Notes: generated from the sequence alone by a model not told the origin. Shown: positions 9,009 through 18,154, counted from the first letter of the stretch. The stretch: 64,000 bases of DNA from Clostridia bacterium (GCA_017531925.1 JAFXKD010000048.1:103-64102); one strand, 5' to 3'. Numbers and translations: made by a program.

Positions 9009-9773
9009 ATGCTCAAAAGAAAAGAATTGTTATTAATTTTTATTATTCTGGTTGCAATCGTTGCAGTTGTTGTGGGATGTACAATTCACCTACCTATCGC
9101 GAGTGCTGCAGAATATATGAAACTGAGTAAAGCAAGCAGAATAGAATATGCAAAAGAGTCTTATTCAGAGTTTTCTTCAAATCCGGATAAAGAATATGAG
9201 ATTTTAATTTCATTTAATAAAGCTAATTATAAAGAAATTGCCGATCTCTTATCCGGGCAGGATAATATTATCTCAGCTTTTCATTGTTTTGAGGCTAATG
9301 GAGAATGTGCTGTCGGTGGTTATGTTGAGTGCAAAGGCAAGACAGCAGAAAAGGTGATAGAAGATTATTTTTCAAGTATTTATAATCTCGTTGTCGGACA
9401 AATTGAAACTTATGACGATTTTGTTGCAGAACTTAAAAAATCATATGAAGTAGAGAATGGTTCTATTTCAGATAATAGTACAAACGATTCGTATGATACA
9501 TATGGCAAAGAAGTTGATACTTCTCCTATTGAAATTACGGGAGAAGGCAAAGAACCTTGTATGACATTAGAAGATGAATTGCGAGATGCGGAGCATTCAT
9601 TGGAACAATTTCTTTTACAAAAGGAGGCTATGGATAACGGTGATTTCTATATTTATGGAATTCGCTTGCTTATGACCGGAGCAGAGATTGAAAAGATATT
9701 GTCTGATGAGAATGTATTACTTGTTGAGATTTTAAATTTCGATAACAATAATCTTATTGTTCCAATTAGATAA
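9009..9773 (+). CDS. Hypothetical lipoprotein
   Basis: Signal peptide MLKRKELLLIFIILVAIVAVVVGC with a lipobox-like VVGC. I recognise no domain. AAGGAG RBS present. The gene is AT-rich. Confidence 0.7.
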   Translation: MLKRKELLLIFIILVAIVAVVVGCTIHLPIASAAEYMKLSKASRIEYAKESYSEFSSNPDKEYEILISFNKANYKEIADLLSGQDNIISAFHCFEANGECAVGGYVECKGKTAEKVIEDYFSSIYNLVVGQIETYDDFVAELKKSYEVENGSISDNSTNDSYDTYGKEVDTSPIEITGEGKEPCMTLEDELRDAEHSLEQFLLQKEAMDNGDFYIYGIRLLMTGAEIEKILSDENVLLVEILNFDNNNLIVPIR

Positions 9774-9783
9774 GGAGGAATTT

Positions 9784-9831
9784 ATGAAAAAAATAGTGTT
9801 AATGGCTTATGCACTTTTCTATGAAAAATGA
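9784..9831 (+). CDS. Candidate 15-codon micro-ORF (MKKIVLMAYALFYEK)
   Basis: ATG lies 5 nt after a perfect AAGGAGG (9772..9778), right behind the lipoprotein stop codon. It is below the ORF-track size cut-off. It could be a real small peptide or an N-terminal gene remnant. Confidence 0.3.
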   Translation: MKKIVLMAYALFYEK

Positions 9832-9857
9832 AAAAAATGAATAAAAAATGAAAAAAA

Positions 9858-9891
9858 CTCGAAAATAAAAAAGTATTTTTGAGTTTTTTTT
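9858..9891 (+). terminator. Intrinsic terminator closing the AT-rich islet
   Basis: ctcgaaaata / tatttttgag 10-bp stem (one G-U pair) followed by T8 (9884..9891). Confidence 0.6.
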
Positions 9892-9938
9892 CGTATATTA
9901 ATATATGTAAAAGAAAAATGCGGAAAGGGGGGAGCGTT

Positions 9939-11714
9939 TTGCTTATTCCAAGAGAGATAATTGAAGAAATAGTTAACAGAACGGATATATCCGATCTTAT
10001 AGGCTCATACGTGACTTTGAAGCGCGCGGGCTCGAATATGCACGGTCTTTGCCCCTTCCACAGTGAAAAAACGCCGTCATTTACCGTCTTTTCAAAGACG
10101 AACAGCTTTTATTGCTTCGGCTGCGGCTCGGGCGGAGATGCGATAACCTTTGTGATGAAGGCGGAAAATCTTGATTATCCCTCGGCGGTAGAGTTTTTGG
10201 CGAGCAGAGCGGGAATAACCATTCCGCAGGACAAAAATGAGCTTGCGAATATGGGAATGAGCCGCAAAAGAGTTTATGAAATGAATCTTGCGGCGGCTAA
10301 ATTTTTCCGAGAGAACCTTTTTGACAAGAGCGTTGGATTTGATGCGTTGAATTATTTTGTGGGTACGAGAAAGCTTAGTATGGCTACCATCAAGAGATTT
10401 GGCTTGGGTTATGCTCCAAACAATTTCTTTGCTCTTACCAACCATATGAAGAGGCTCGGTTACACGGAGCAGGAGCTTATTGACGGCTTCCTTTGCGGCA
10501 GAAGTCAAAAGGGAAATCTTTACGATTATTTCAGAAACCGCGTTATCTTCCCGATCATTGACGTAACGGGAAATATCATAGGATTTGGCGGACGAGTTAT
10601 GGATGATTCCAAGCCGAAATATCTTAACACCTCCGACACACCGGGATTTAAAAAGAGCAAAAACCTTTTTGCTCTCAATTACGCGAAAAATCATTGCTCT
10701 GAGCATCTCATCCTTTGCGAGGGCTATATGGACGTTATCGCACTTCATGCTGCTGGATTTGAAAATGCCGTTGCAACGCTCGGTACGGCTCTTACGCAGG
10801 AGCAGGCGAGAATGATGACGAAATACACCAAAAAGGTGGTTTTGCTTTATGACTCCGACGACGCGGGACAGAGGGCAACTGACAGGGCGATAAAGATACT
10901 CTCAGAGGTCGGAATGGATGTTCGCATCCTTAAGCTCAACGGCGCAAAGGACCCCGACGAATACATAAAGAAATTCGGTGCGGACAGGTTCCGTGCTTTG
11001 CTTGGTGAGAGCAGGACGGGATTTGATTTCAAGGTCTCACGCGCTCTTGCAAATCTTGATCTGCAGATCCCCGACGAAAAGATAAAGGCGTCGGCTGCTA
11101 TATGCGAGATCATAGCGGACAGCTCCTCGGGCGTTGAAAGAGAAGTGTTCTTAACTAAGGCATCGGAATTATTAAAGCTGCCCATTGACGTGCTCAGAAA
11201 CAACGTTGAGCATATTATTAGAAAGCGCAAAAACGAGCAGAAGAAGGACGAGAGCAGGCAGGCGCAGATGTCCATACGAAATATCGGAGACAGGATAAAT
11301 CCGGATGCAGTCAAATTCGTGGGCGCAAACGCGCTTGAGGAAACGATACTCGGGTTGCTGCTCATATACGAGGAATACCGCTCTGCCGTATCAAAGGGAA
11401 GCGTTTTACTTGAAGCTGACGATTTTATAACGGCATTTGGAAAAAAGGTGTTCCAAACTCTGTTTGAGGTCTATAATTCCTCCGATGAATTTCTGCCCGC
11501 GATGCTCGGTCAGTATTTTACTGCCGACGAGATGGGCAGGCTTGAAAAGATGAGGCAGAACAGGCTATCTCTTACCGAAAACGGTCGGGATGTGCTTGAT
11601 GCGTCGATAGCCGCGCTGAAGGCTGAAAAGGAAAAAAAGGCTTCTGCCGACGGCGGCGACAAATTTGCGACATTGCGCGCAAAGCAGGAAAAGTTAAAAA
11701 ATCAAAGAAAATAA
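9939..11714 (+). CDS. dnaG: DNA primase
   Basis: Zn-finger ..GLCPFHSEKTPSFTVF..YCFGCGSGGDAITF.., TOPRIM ..LCEGYMDVIALH.. and ..LLYDSDDAGQRAT... Start placed at TTG 9939, 5 nt after GGGGGAG; ATG 9918 is the alternative. The ORF-track start 9879 lies inside the upstream terminator. Confidence 0.9.
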   Translation: MLIPREIIEEIVNRTDISDLIGSYVTLKRAGSNMHGLCPFHSEKTPSFTVFSKTNSFYCFGCGSGGDAITFVMKAENLDYPSAVEFLASRAGITIPQDKNELANMGMSRKRVYEMNLAAAKFFRENLFDKSVGFDALNYFVGTRKLSMATIKRFGLGYAPNNFFALTNHMKRLGYTEQELIDGFLCGRSQKGNLYDYFRNRVIFPIIDVTGNIIGFGGRVMDDSKPKYLNTSDTPGFKKSKNLFALNYAKNHCSEHLILCEGYMDVIALHAAGFENAVATLGTALTQEQARMMTKYTKKVVLLYDSDDAGQRATDRAIKILSEVGMDVRILKLNGAKDPDEYIKKFGADRFRALLGESRTGFDFKVSRALANLDLQIPDEKIKASAAICEIIADSSSGVEREVFLTKASELLKLPIDVLRNNVEHIIRKRKNEQKKDESRQAQMSIRNIGDRINPDAVKFVGANALEETILGLLLIYEEYRSAVSKGSVLLEADDFITAFGKKVFQTLFEVYNSSDEFLPAMLGQYFTADEMGRLEKMRQNRLSLTENGRDVLDASIAALKAEKEKKASADGGDKFATLRAKQEKLKNQRK

Positions 11715-11729
11715 AAAGAGAAGGTACTT

Positions 11730-12833
11730 ATGAAAAAGACAGAAGAAAACAACAAAAAGCACTCTATTGATGAGCTTATAGAAAAGGGAAAAAAGGAAGG
11801 TCTTTCCTCGGTGGATCTTGACGAGGCTATTGAGGAGATGGATTTTGATCTTGACACACTTGACAAGCTTTATGACAGTCTTGAGGAGAATGATATTCCC
11901 CTCAACGACGATATTTCAAGCGCGGAGCTTTCCGAGATCGAGAGCGAGGTTGAAAAGCTTTCGACAAGTGACAGTATGGAAAAGCTGCTTGAGCAGGGCG
12001 GCGTACAGATCGATGACCCTGTTCGTATGTATCTTAAGGAGATCGGACGCGTACCGCTTCTTTCAGCAGAGGAGGAGAAGGAGCTTGCCGAGAGAATGGC
12101 TGCCGGCGACGAGGAGGCAAAGAGCAAGCTCGTTGAGGCTAACCTCCGTCTTGTTGTAAGTATTGCCAAGAGATACGTTGGAAAGGGCATGTTCTTCCTT
12201 GATCTTATTCAGGAGGGTAACATCGGTCTTATGAAGGCGGTCGATAAATTCGACTACGAAAAGGGATTTAAATTCTCCACATATGCTACTTGGTGGATCC
12301 GCCAGGCTATCACAAGAGCCATCGCAGATCAGGCGAGAACCATTCGTATTCCCGTTCATATGGTTGAAACGATACACAAGGTATCCCGTTATAGCCGTCA
12401 GATGCTTCAGGAGCTTGGCCGCGAGGCAACAGCAGAGGAGATAGGCGAAAAAATGGGTCTTTCCGCTGAGAAGGTCAGAGAGATAATGAAGATCGCGCAG
12501 GATCCCGTTTCGCTTGAGACCCCCATTGGCGAGGAGGAGGACAGCCACCTTGGAGATTTTATTCCCGACGATGATGCGCCCCAGCCCTCAGAGATCGCGT
12601 CCGCAACTATTTTGCGTGAGGTGATCGAGCGCGAGCTTCACACACTCACACCCCGTGAGGAGCACGTTATCAAGCTTCGCTTTGGTCTTTACGACGGCAG
12701 AAGCCGTACTCTTGAGGAGGTCGGCAAGGAATTTGACATTACGCGTGAGCGTATCCGTCAGATCGAGGCTAAGGCACTCAGAAAGCTTCGTCATCCCAGC
12801 CGCGCAAGACATCTTAAAGGATTCCTTGATTGA
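11730..12833 (+). CDS. rpoD: RNA polymerase primary sigma factor
   Basis: Acidic region 1, ..[16 protein letters not shown].., ..[14 protein letters not shown].., ..[20 protein letters not shown]... The dnaG-rpoD pairing is conserved. Confidence 0.95.
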   Translation: MKKTEENNKKHSIDELIEKGKKEGLSSVDLDEAIEEMDFDLDTLDKLYDSLEENDIPLNDDISSAELSEIESEVEKLSTSDSMEKLLEQGGVQIDDPVRMYLKEIGRVPLLSAEEEKELAERMAAGDEEAKSKLVEANLRLVVSIAKRYVGKGMFFLDLIQEGNIGLMKAVDKFDYEKGFKFSTYATWWIRQAITRAIADQARTIRIPVHMVETIHKVSRYSRQMLQELGREATAEEIGEKMGLSAEKVREIMKIAQDPVSLETPIGEEEDSHLGDFIPDDDAPQPSEIASATILREVIERELHTLTPREEHVIKLRFGLYDGRSRTLEEVGKEFDITRERIRQIEAKALRKLRHPSRARHLKGFLD

Positions 12834-12849
12834 CAGATTACATAAAAAT

Positions 12850-12871
12850 ACGAGCGATAGCCATCGCTCGT
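12850..12871. terminator. Bidirectional intrinsic terminator between rpoD and clpC
   Basis: acgagcgat-agcc-atcgctcgt stem with U-tracts on both strands. Confidence 0.75.
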
Positions 12872-12875
12872 GTTT

Positions 12876-15278
12876 TTATTTTGTGAATATTATCTTATCA
12901 TCCTTAACGGCGACGAAAATATCGGAATCTGAATCAAGCTGACCGCAAAGAAGCTTATCTGTGAGTGGATTCTCTATCAAGCGACGTATATGGCTTCGGA
13001 GTCTCCTTGCTCCTGATTTTTCTTCAAATGCGCGCTTCGAAATCAGCTCGGCAACGCTTTCATCAAACTCTATCTCACTCCCAAGCTTTTTAAGTCGTTT
13101 TTGAAGCTTTGAAAGCATCAAGGAGCATATTTTTTTAAGATCATCAAGCGAGAGGGACTTGAAATATACTATCTCGTCGATCCTGCCCAAAAATTCCGGT
13201 GAAAAGGTTTTTTCAAGAGCTTTTTTGATAGTTTGGTTTCGTTCTCGTGAGGTGCTGCTCTCACTTGAGCCTTGTGAGAACCCGAGCGGTCCTCGGTGCG
13301 TTATCTCCGTCTGTCCAAGATTTGATGTCATAATTATCAGAGCGTTCTTAAAGCTTACGCGTCTGCTTTGAGAATCCGTCAGCGCGCCGTCATCAAGTAT
13401 CTGGAGAAGTATATTGAATATATCGGGGTGCGCCTTTTCTATCTCGTCAAAAAGCACTATGGAATAAGGCCTTCTGCGCACCTTTTCCGTTAGGTGTCCG
13501 CCGTCCGAAAAGCCAACGTATCCGGGTGGCGCGCCGATGAGCTTTGATACGCTGTGCTTTTCCATAAATTCCGACATATCGAGGCGGATGAGCGCATCAC
13601 GGGAGTCGAAAAGGATCTCGGAAAGGGCAAGGCAAAGCTCCGTTTTTCCAACGCCTGTTGGACCTACAAATATAAAGGAGCCCGTGGGCTGTCCGTCCTG
13701 CTTAAGTCCTATCCTTCCGCGCTTTATAGCGTCCGCAACGAGCTTTATAGCTTCGTCCTGACCTATTATGCGTTTTTTCAGCTCTCCCTCAAGGGATATA
13801 AGCCTGTCGCTCTCGCTTTTCATAAGCCTGCTTACAGGAATTCCCGTCCAATCGGTTACCACGTCTGCAATATCTGAGCTGTTTACGCAGATCTGCTTTT
13901 CGCTTTCTTCAGCATCGTTATCATTCTCCTTTATCAATATTTCGGCTTTGCGAAGCTCGATAGCCCGTTCAAAATCACCTGAAAGCACGGCTTCTTCCTT
14001 TTTATCGAATATCTCGGTTAAGCGTGCATTGATACCGCTTTTTCCGCTTATGCTATCGCTATGCTTCAATCTGCTTCTCGATGCCGCCTCGTCTATAAGA
14101 TCTATTGCTTTGTCGGGTAGAAAGCGATCATTTATATATCTTTTTGAAAGCTCGATCGCAGATGCTATCGCGCCGTCGGTGATCTTTACACCGTGATGCT
14201 CCTCGTAGCGAGGGCGAAGTCCCCAAAGTATGCGCTCCGCCTCTGCATCCGTGGGCTCGTTTACCGTAACGGGCTGAAATCTGCGCTCAAGGGCGGAGTC
14301 CTTTTCTATATGGCGTCGGTATTCGCTTAGAGTCGTTGCGCCTATTATACGAAGCTCACCCCGTGAGAGGGCGGGCTTTAAAATATTTGCCGCGTCGATC
14401 GCTCCCTCGGCACTTCCTGCGCCCACTATGGTGTGTATTTCATCTATAAACAAAATGATGTCGGGATCTTTAGCACATTCGCGCATTACGCCCTTCATTC
14501 TGTCTTCAAACTCTCCTCTGTATTTTGCGCCTGCGATAAGGGAGGGAATATCAAGTGAAAGTATTCTTTTGCTTTTTAAAGCGGATGGAACGTTGCCGTT
14601 TACTATGCGTTGCGCAAGCCCCTCTACAACGGCGGTCTTACCGACTCCCGGCTCTCCGATAAGGCAGGGATTGTTCTTCGTTCTGCGGCTAAGAATTCCT
14701 ATTACCCGTTCCGTTTCCTTATCTCTGCAAAGAGTTGGATCGATTCTTCCATCTCTTGCGAGCGCGCAGAGATCGCGGGAATAATTTTCAAGCTTGAAGG
14801 CTCGGTCATCCTTTGCTTTTGGCTGATTTTTATATAGCGGCTCGGAGGACTGTATTATGTCAAGAAGATCGTTCTGTATCTCGTGAATATATATTCCGCA
14901 GCCTTCAAGAGCGCGTGCGGCTGAGCAATTATCCTCGCTGAGAAGGGAAAAGAGCAAATGCTCACTCCCGATAAGCTCCTGCTTGTATTTTTCGCTCAGC
15001 TTGGATGCGTTTTCTATTATTTTTCTTAATCTTGGAGAGATATCGGATGAATGAAGAACGGTTCTTTTCCTTTTTTCCTCACCTTGCGTGAGGGCTTTTT
15101 TTACCTTGATGTAGGATGCCCCCCTGCCAACGAGTATTTCTGAGCCTATACAACCGTCGGTTTCAAGTATTCCAAGCAGGAGATGCTCACTTCCTATATA
15201 GGTGCTTCCAAGCTTCATCGCCTGCTCGGCGGCAGAGAGCAGAGCGCTCCTTGCCTTTTGAGTGAATCTGTTTTCCAA
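12876..15278 (-). CDS. clpC: ATP-dependent Clp protease ATP-binding subunit (ClpC-like, two AAA+ modules)
   Basis: 800 aa. Clp_N repeats (..GSEHLLLGIL.. twice), Walker A GEPGVGKTA and GPTGVGKTE, and a UVR-like ..GDFERAIELRKAE... TTG start with AAGGGGG RBS. Confidence 0.85.
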   Translation of the reverse strand: MENRFTQKARSALLSAAEQAMKLGSTYIGSEHLLLGILETDGCIGSEILVGRGASYIKVKKALTQGEEKRKRTVLHSSDISPRLRKIIENASKLSEKYKQELIGSEHLLFSLLSEDNCSAARALEGCGIYIHEIQNDLLDIIQSSEPLYKNQPKAKDDRAFKLENYSRDLCALARDGRIDPTLCRDKETERVIGILSRRTKNNPCLIGEPGVGKTAVVEGLAQRIVNGNVPSALKSKRILSLDIPSLIAGAKYRGEFEDRMKGVMRECAKDPDIILFIDEIHTIVGAGSAEGAIDAANILKPALSRGELRIIGATTLSEYRRHIEKDSALERRFQPVTVNEPTDAEAERILWGLRPRYEEHHGVKITDGAIASAIELSKRYINDRFLPDKAIDLIDEAASRSRLKHSDSISGKSGINARLTEIFDKKEEAVLSGDFERAIELRKAEILIKENDNDAEESEKQICVNSSDIADVVTDWTGIPVSRLMKSESDRLISLEGELKKRIIGQDEAIKLVADAIKRGRIGLKQDGQPTGSFIFVGPTGVGKTELCLALSEILFDSRDALIRLDMSEFMEKHSVSKLIGAPPGYVGFSDGGHLTEKVRRRPYSIVLFDEIEKAHPDIFNILLQILDDGALTDSQSRRVSFKNALIIMTSNLGQTEITHRGPLGFSQGSSESSTSRERNQTIKKALEKTFSPEFLGRIDEIVYFKSLSLDDLKKICSLMLSKLQKRLKKLGSEIEFDESVAELISKRAFEEKSGARRLRSHIRRLIENPLTDKLLCGQLDSDSDIFVAVKDDKIIFTK

Positions 15279-15338
15279 TCCGTTACGCCCCCTTTGATAC
15301 GATACATCTCTATAATTGACGGTTTTTTGCCGATTTAT

Positions 15339-15869
15339 TTAGTTTTGTTCTATATAATGAGAGGAAAGATTGAATATTCTTGCGATAGCGTTCCAGGTCT
15401 TTCTGTCGGTTGCTCCGTTTGCTGTGAGTCTGCTTTGCTCTTGAAATGCAGCGACCGCTTTTTTCGTTGCTTCGTCATATTCTCCGCTTATTTCAAGTGT
15501 TGGCAAATTGTTATGGATGAGGGATATCTCGTTAATCATATACTGAAGTGTAGCCACTAAAAAGCTGACGTCACCGAGCTTTATTATATGATCCTTTGGA
15601 TGGGATGGAAAGAAAATTATGGGACCGGGCAGGGAATTAAGCTCCTCTATTTCGAGATATTCCCTATATAAAAGCTCCCACGTTTCGCGATCGGCAACAC
15701 CGCTTACAGCAAGACCGTTCCTGCGCTGAAATTCAGTTAATGCAAATCGTGTCTGATCGCCGTATATTCCGTCTATCGGGACGCTTGGAAAGGTTGGATC
15801 AACGGATCTTTGCGCGCGCAGATATGTTTGAAGGTTGATTACAGCGTTCTTTTCGGTAAATGCTCGCAT
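15339..15869 (-). CDS. Peptidoglycan-binding-domain protein (2 PG_binding_1-like repeats)
   Basis: Two repeats of the type ..LQxYL....P.....DGxYGxxTxxAVxxFQxxxGLxxxGxxDxxTW... Start trimmed to ATG 15869 (GGAGG 8 nt upstream), 1 nt after the upstream gene's stop. Confidence 0.75.
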   Translation of the reverse strand: MRAFTEKNAVINLQTYLRAQRSVDPTFPSVPIDGIYGDQTRFALTEFQRRNGLAVSGVADRETWELLYREYLEIEELNSLPGPIIFFPSHPKDHIIKLGDVSFLVATLQYMINEISLIHNNLPTLEISGEYDEATKKAVAAFQEQSRLTANGATDRKTWNAIARIFNLSSHYIEQN

Positions 15870-15870
15870 A

Positions 15871-17271
15871 TTAAGTACCTCCGATATCAAATCCCGGAAA
15901 TTGACCGTGTGTCAGGCGAGAGCCGTTTATTATATCGGTGTAAAGAGAAGTGATCGCGTTCCAGGTTATCGCTCCCACGACTCCGTTGACCTCAAGCCCC
16001 GAAAGCTCCTGTATGGCTCTTACGGCACTATCCGTTTGAGTACCGAAATATGAGGTAAGCTCAACTGAATTCACCTCGGGGAAAACGCTTGCTATTACGT
16101 TTATATACTGCTGAAGAAGCAGTACCGCATCACCCTCCGAGCCTATTCGAAGTGCAGTACCGGGAAAGGGAAGAACGTTACCCTCCACGTATTGTAGCGG
16201 AATGGTATCCACAATTCCGCGATAAGCGTCGTAGATGGCATCCCAGGTCAATTCTCCCACTATGCCGTCCTGTGGCAGCCCAAAGGTGCTTTGCGCAGAG
16301 ATGACGGATGCGCGAGTTTCATTTCCAAAGCTGCCGTCTATCGCTACGGGTGATATGGTAGAATAAAAGCGGGAGATATAGCTCAAAAAGTATTGAAGGT
16401 TCTGTACGCCAAGCCCCGTGCTTCCAAAGGAGAGAACACCGGGGTACTGCTTTGTGACCTCCTCAAGACGGATCCCCTCGCTGTCAAGCTCGTTAAGTCT
16501 CTTTACCGCGTTATAGATCCTTTGTACGGAATACCACGTGGCGTTTCCGACGATGCCGTCGGCAGTCAGCCCGAATATCTGCTGAAAGCTTTTGACCGCT
16601 GCATCCGTATCACTTGAAAATATGCCGTCAAGGGCGGCTATTTTGGGTATTGCGGGATAATTGTCAGAGATGCGATTTAGTCTTATCTGAAGCAGTCTGA
16701 CTTTATCGCCTTGAGAGCCTATGGATAGGGGAACTGCAGGAGCGGATCCGTTTGCACCTCCCACCTCTGCATCGGTAATTATATCAATATCGTTACCGTA
16801 ATAATATCGAAGTATATCGTAGGGAGTGTAGCCCTGCTCGGCAAGTGAGAGCGATCCCCATTGCGAAAGTCCTGCGCAAGTTATCTCAATTCCGTCGCAA
16901 TAGGCTGTGAATAGCGGCTCATAGCTGCCCCTTCGTCTTACATAGGAATTGAATATCTCCGCGGTGATATTGGAGATATTATCAAAAATAGTTCTGCCTC
17001 TCACAAAGCTTTGGTCATATGCGGTCGAATTGGTAATGTCAAAATCATAACCGCGGGAACGGTAAAATTCCGTGTATATGCGGTTGAGCGCGAATGATAT
17101 CTGCGCATAGATATTTGCTCTTATCGCGTTTTCGTTCCAAGTGGGATATATCTCGCTTGATGCCACGTTGGCAATGTATTCCTCAAAGGGAAGAGTTACA
17201 TTTGGTGCGCTTGCATCGGGATCTCCGAGATGCACCGTTATGTATTCGGGAATCTTAGGTAATGAAGGCAT
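15871..17271 (-). CDS. Peptidoglycan-binding protein: SpoIID/LytB-like N-domain + 3 PG_binding_1-like repeats
   Basis: 466 aa. The N-terminal ..EEYIANVASSEIYPTWNENAIRANIYAQISFALNRI.. resembles the SpoIID family. It is followed by three ~65-aa repeats ending ..DGIVGxxTW... Confidence 0.7.
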   Translation of the reverse strand: MPSLPKIPEYITVHLGDPDASAPNVTLPFEEYIANVASSEIYPTWNENAIRANIYAQISFALNRIYTEFYRSRGYDFDITNSTAYDQSFVRGRTIFDNISNITAEIFNSYVRRRGSYEPLFTAYCDGIEITCAGLSQWGSLSLAEQGYTPYDILRYYYGNDIDIITDAEVGGANGSAPAVPLSIGSQGDKVRLLQIRLNRISDNYPAIPKIAALDGIFSSDTDAAVKSFQQIFGLTADGIVGNATWYSVQRIYNAVKRLNELDSEGIRLEEVTKQYPGVLSFGSTGLGVQNLQYFLSYISRFYSTISPVAIDGSFGNETRASVISAQSTFGLPQDGIVGELTWDAIYDAYRGIVDTIPLQYVEGNVLPFPGTALRIGSEGDAVLLLQQYINVIASVFPEVNSVELTSYFGTQTDSAVRAIQELSGLEVNGVVGAITWNAITSLYTDIINGSRLTHGQFPGFDIGGT

Positions 17272-17281
17272 AGGCTACTCC

Positions 17282-17692
17282 TTATAGATCTGGATTTTCA
17301 TATTCATCGAACACCTGTCCCTTACTGTAGTAGGGATCTTTTGCATCAAAGGCGGATATCGGGACTATACTCGCGTTCTGTACTGCCACAATATCCTCAA
17401 AAACAGGAACGCCTGTGTAATGCTGGGGATAATAGCCCTCCTTGAATACGTCTAAATTATAGGTGGTATATGGTTTGTTTGTTGGAGAGGGGGCTGCTGA
17501 AAGAGTACGTGATACTGTGGGCAGTGCGATCCTTTCGGTAAGCCCTGAGCGGTCGGTCAGAAGAGAGATCAGAATATCCTCATTTTCATTATCCTTGCCT
17601 TGCACGATCACGGTCGCACCCTCAATGGGAATGGCTCCGCTTGCCGTGGATACCTTTACTATAATATATCCCTTTGGCGATTGCTCGTTCAT
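17282..17692 (-). CDS. Hypothetical protein (carboxypeptidase-regulatory-like beta-sandwich suspected)
   Basis: ..GYIIVKVSTASGAIPIEGATVIVQG...TDRSGLTERIALP...YNLDVFKEGYYP.. pattern. Start trimmed to ATG 17692 (GGAG upstream). Confidence 0.55.
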   Translation of the reverse strand: MNEQSPKGYIIVKVSTASGAIPIEGATVIVQGKDNENEDILISLLTDRSGLTERIALPTVSRTLSAAPSPTNKPYTTYNLDVFKEGYYPQHYTGVPVFEDIVAVQNASIVPISAFDAKDPYYSKGQVFDEYENPDL

Positions 17693-17773
17693 AAATATCT
17701 CCTTCAATATTTCGTTCGTTTTACAGTATATGAAAATAAATTCTTAAAGTTAAGAGAAAAATCAAAAAATCCC

Positions 17774-17802
17774 TTGCAAAATTGCTTAAATTCTGCTATA
17801 AT
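17774..17802 (+). promoter_or_regulatory. Sigma-A promoter for the SRP RNA gene
   Basis: TTGCAA 17774..17779, 17-nt spacer, TATAAT 17797..17802. Confidence 0.65.
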
Positions 17803-17825
17803 TAATTAGTATGTTAAAAATGCGT

Positions 17826-18130
17826 GAAAAGCTATGAAATAAGGCCATACCAGCCGGGGAATTAGCGGAGCCCTGTACCTGAAATCCGCTACAGCAGGGG
17901 TTCATTCCTTTTTTGAGGGCTGAGCTTTTATGGTCTGTGTCGTATTCTGCTGTGTTGACGAGTGGGTCTTGCGCAATCGGAAATTGTGAATCGTGTCAGG
18001 TGGGGAACCAAGCAGCACTAAGCAGTCAATCCGGTGTGCCGCGAGGGTGCCTGCTCTGAGCAGGAGATACGTTCGTCGCATAGGGGTGACGTTCGATCTT
18101 AAGGTGTATGGTCTTATTTCGTAGCTTTTC
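17826..18130 (+). ncRNA. ffs: Signal recognition particle RNA, long Bacillus/Clostridium type (scRNA) including precursor stalk
   Basis: Domain-IV-like motif gtgtcaggtggggaaccaagcagc at about 17993..18016. The 5' gaaaagctatgaaataaggccatac (17826..17850) pairs almost perfectly with the 3' gtatggtcttatttcgtagcttttc (18106..18130). It sits directly upstream of dnaX as in B. subtilis (scr-dnaX-yaaK-recR). The mature ends are probably internal. Confidence 0.8.
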
Positions 18131-18154
18131 TATTATTTTAAAGGAGGTAAAAAT

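Noticed and set aside
9879-9938. ORF-track N-terminal extension of dnaG (similar extensions for alaS 41480, the HAD hydrolase 32073, pyrH 54972, cdsA 57056, the GHMP kinase 52264, the transferase 23288, ybaB 19768, spoIIGA 2841)
   Set aside because: The extensions start at non-ATG codons or lack an RBS. They overlap terminators, leaders or upstream genes. Conserved N-termini begin at downstream SD-preceded starts.
15279-15338. Looked for a CtsR operator (GGTCAAAnanGGTCAAA) and an intrinsic terminator upstream of clpC
   Set aside because: Only gtcaattat...gtatcaaagg is present, with no tandem heptad. No stable hairpin plus U-run is present, so neither feature can be supported.
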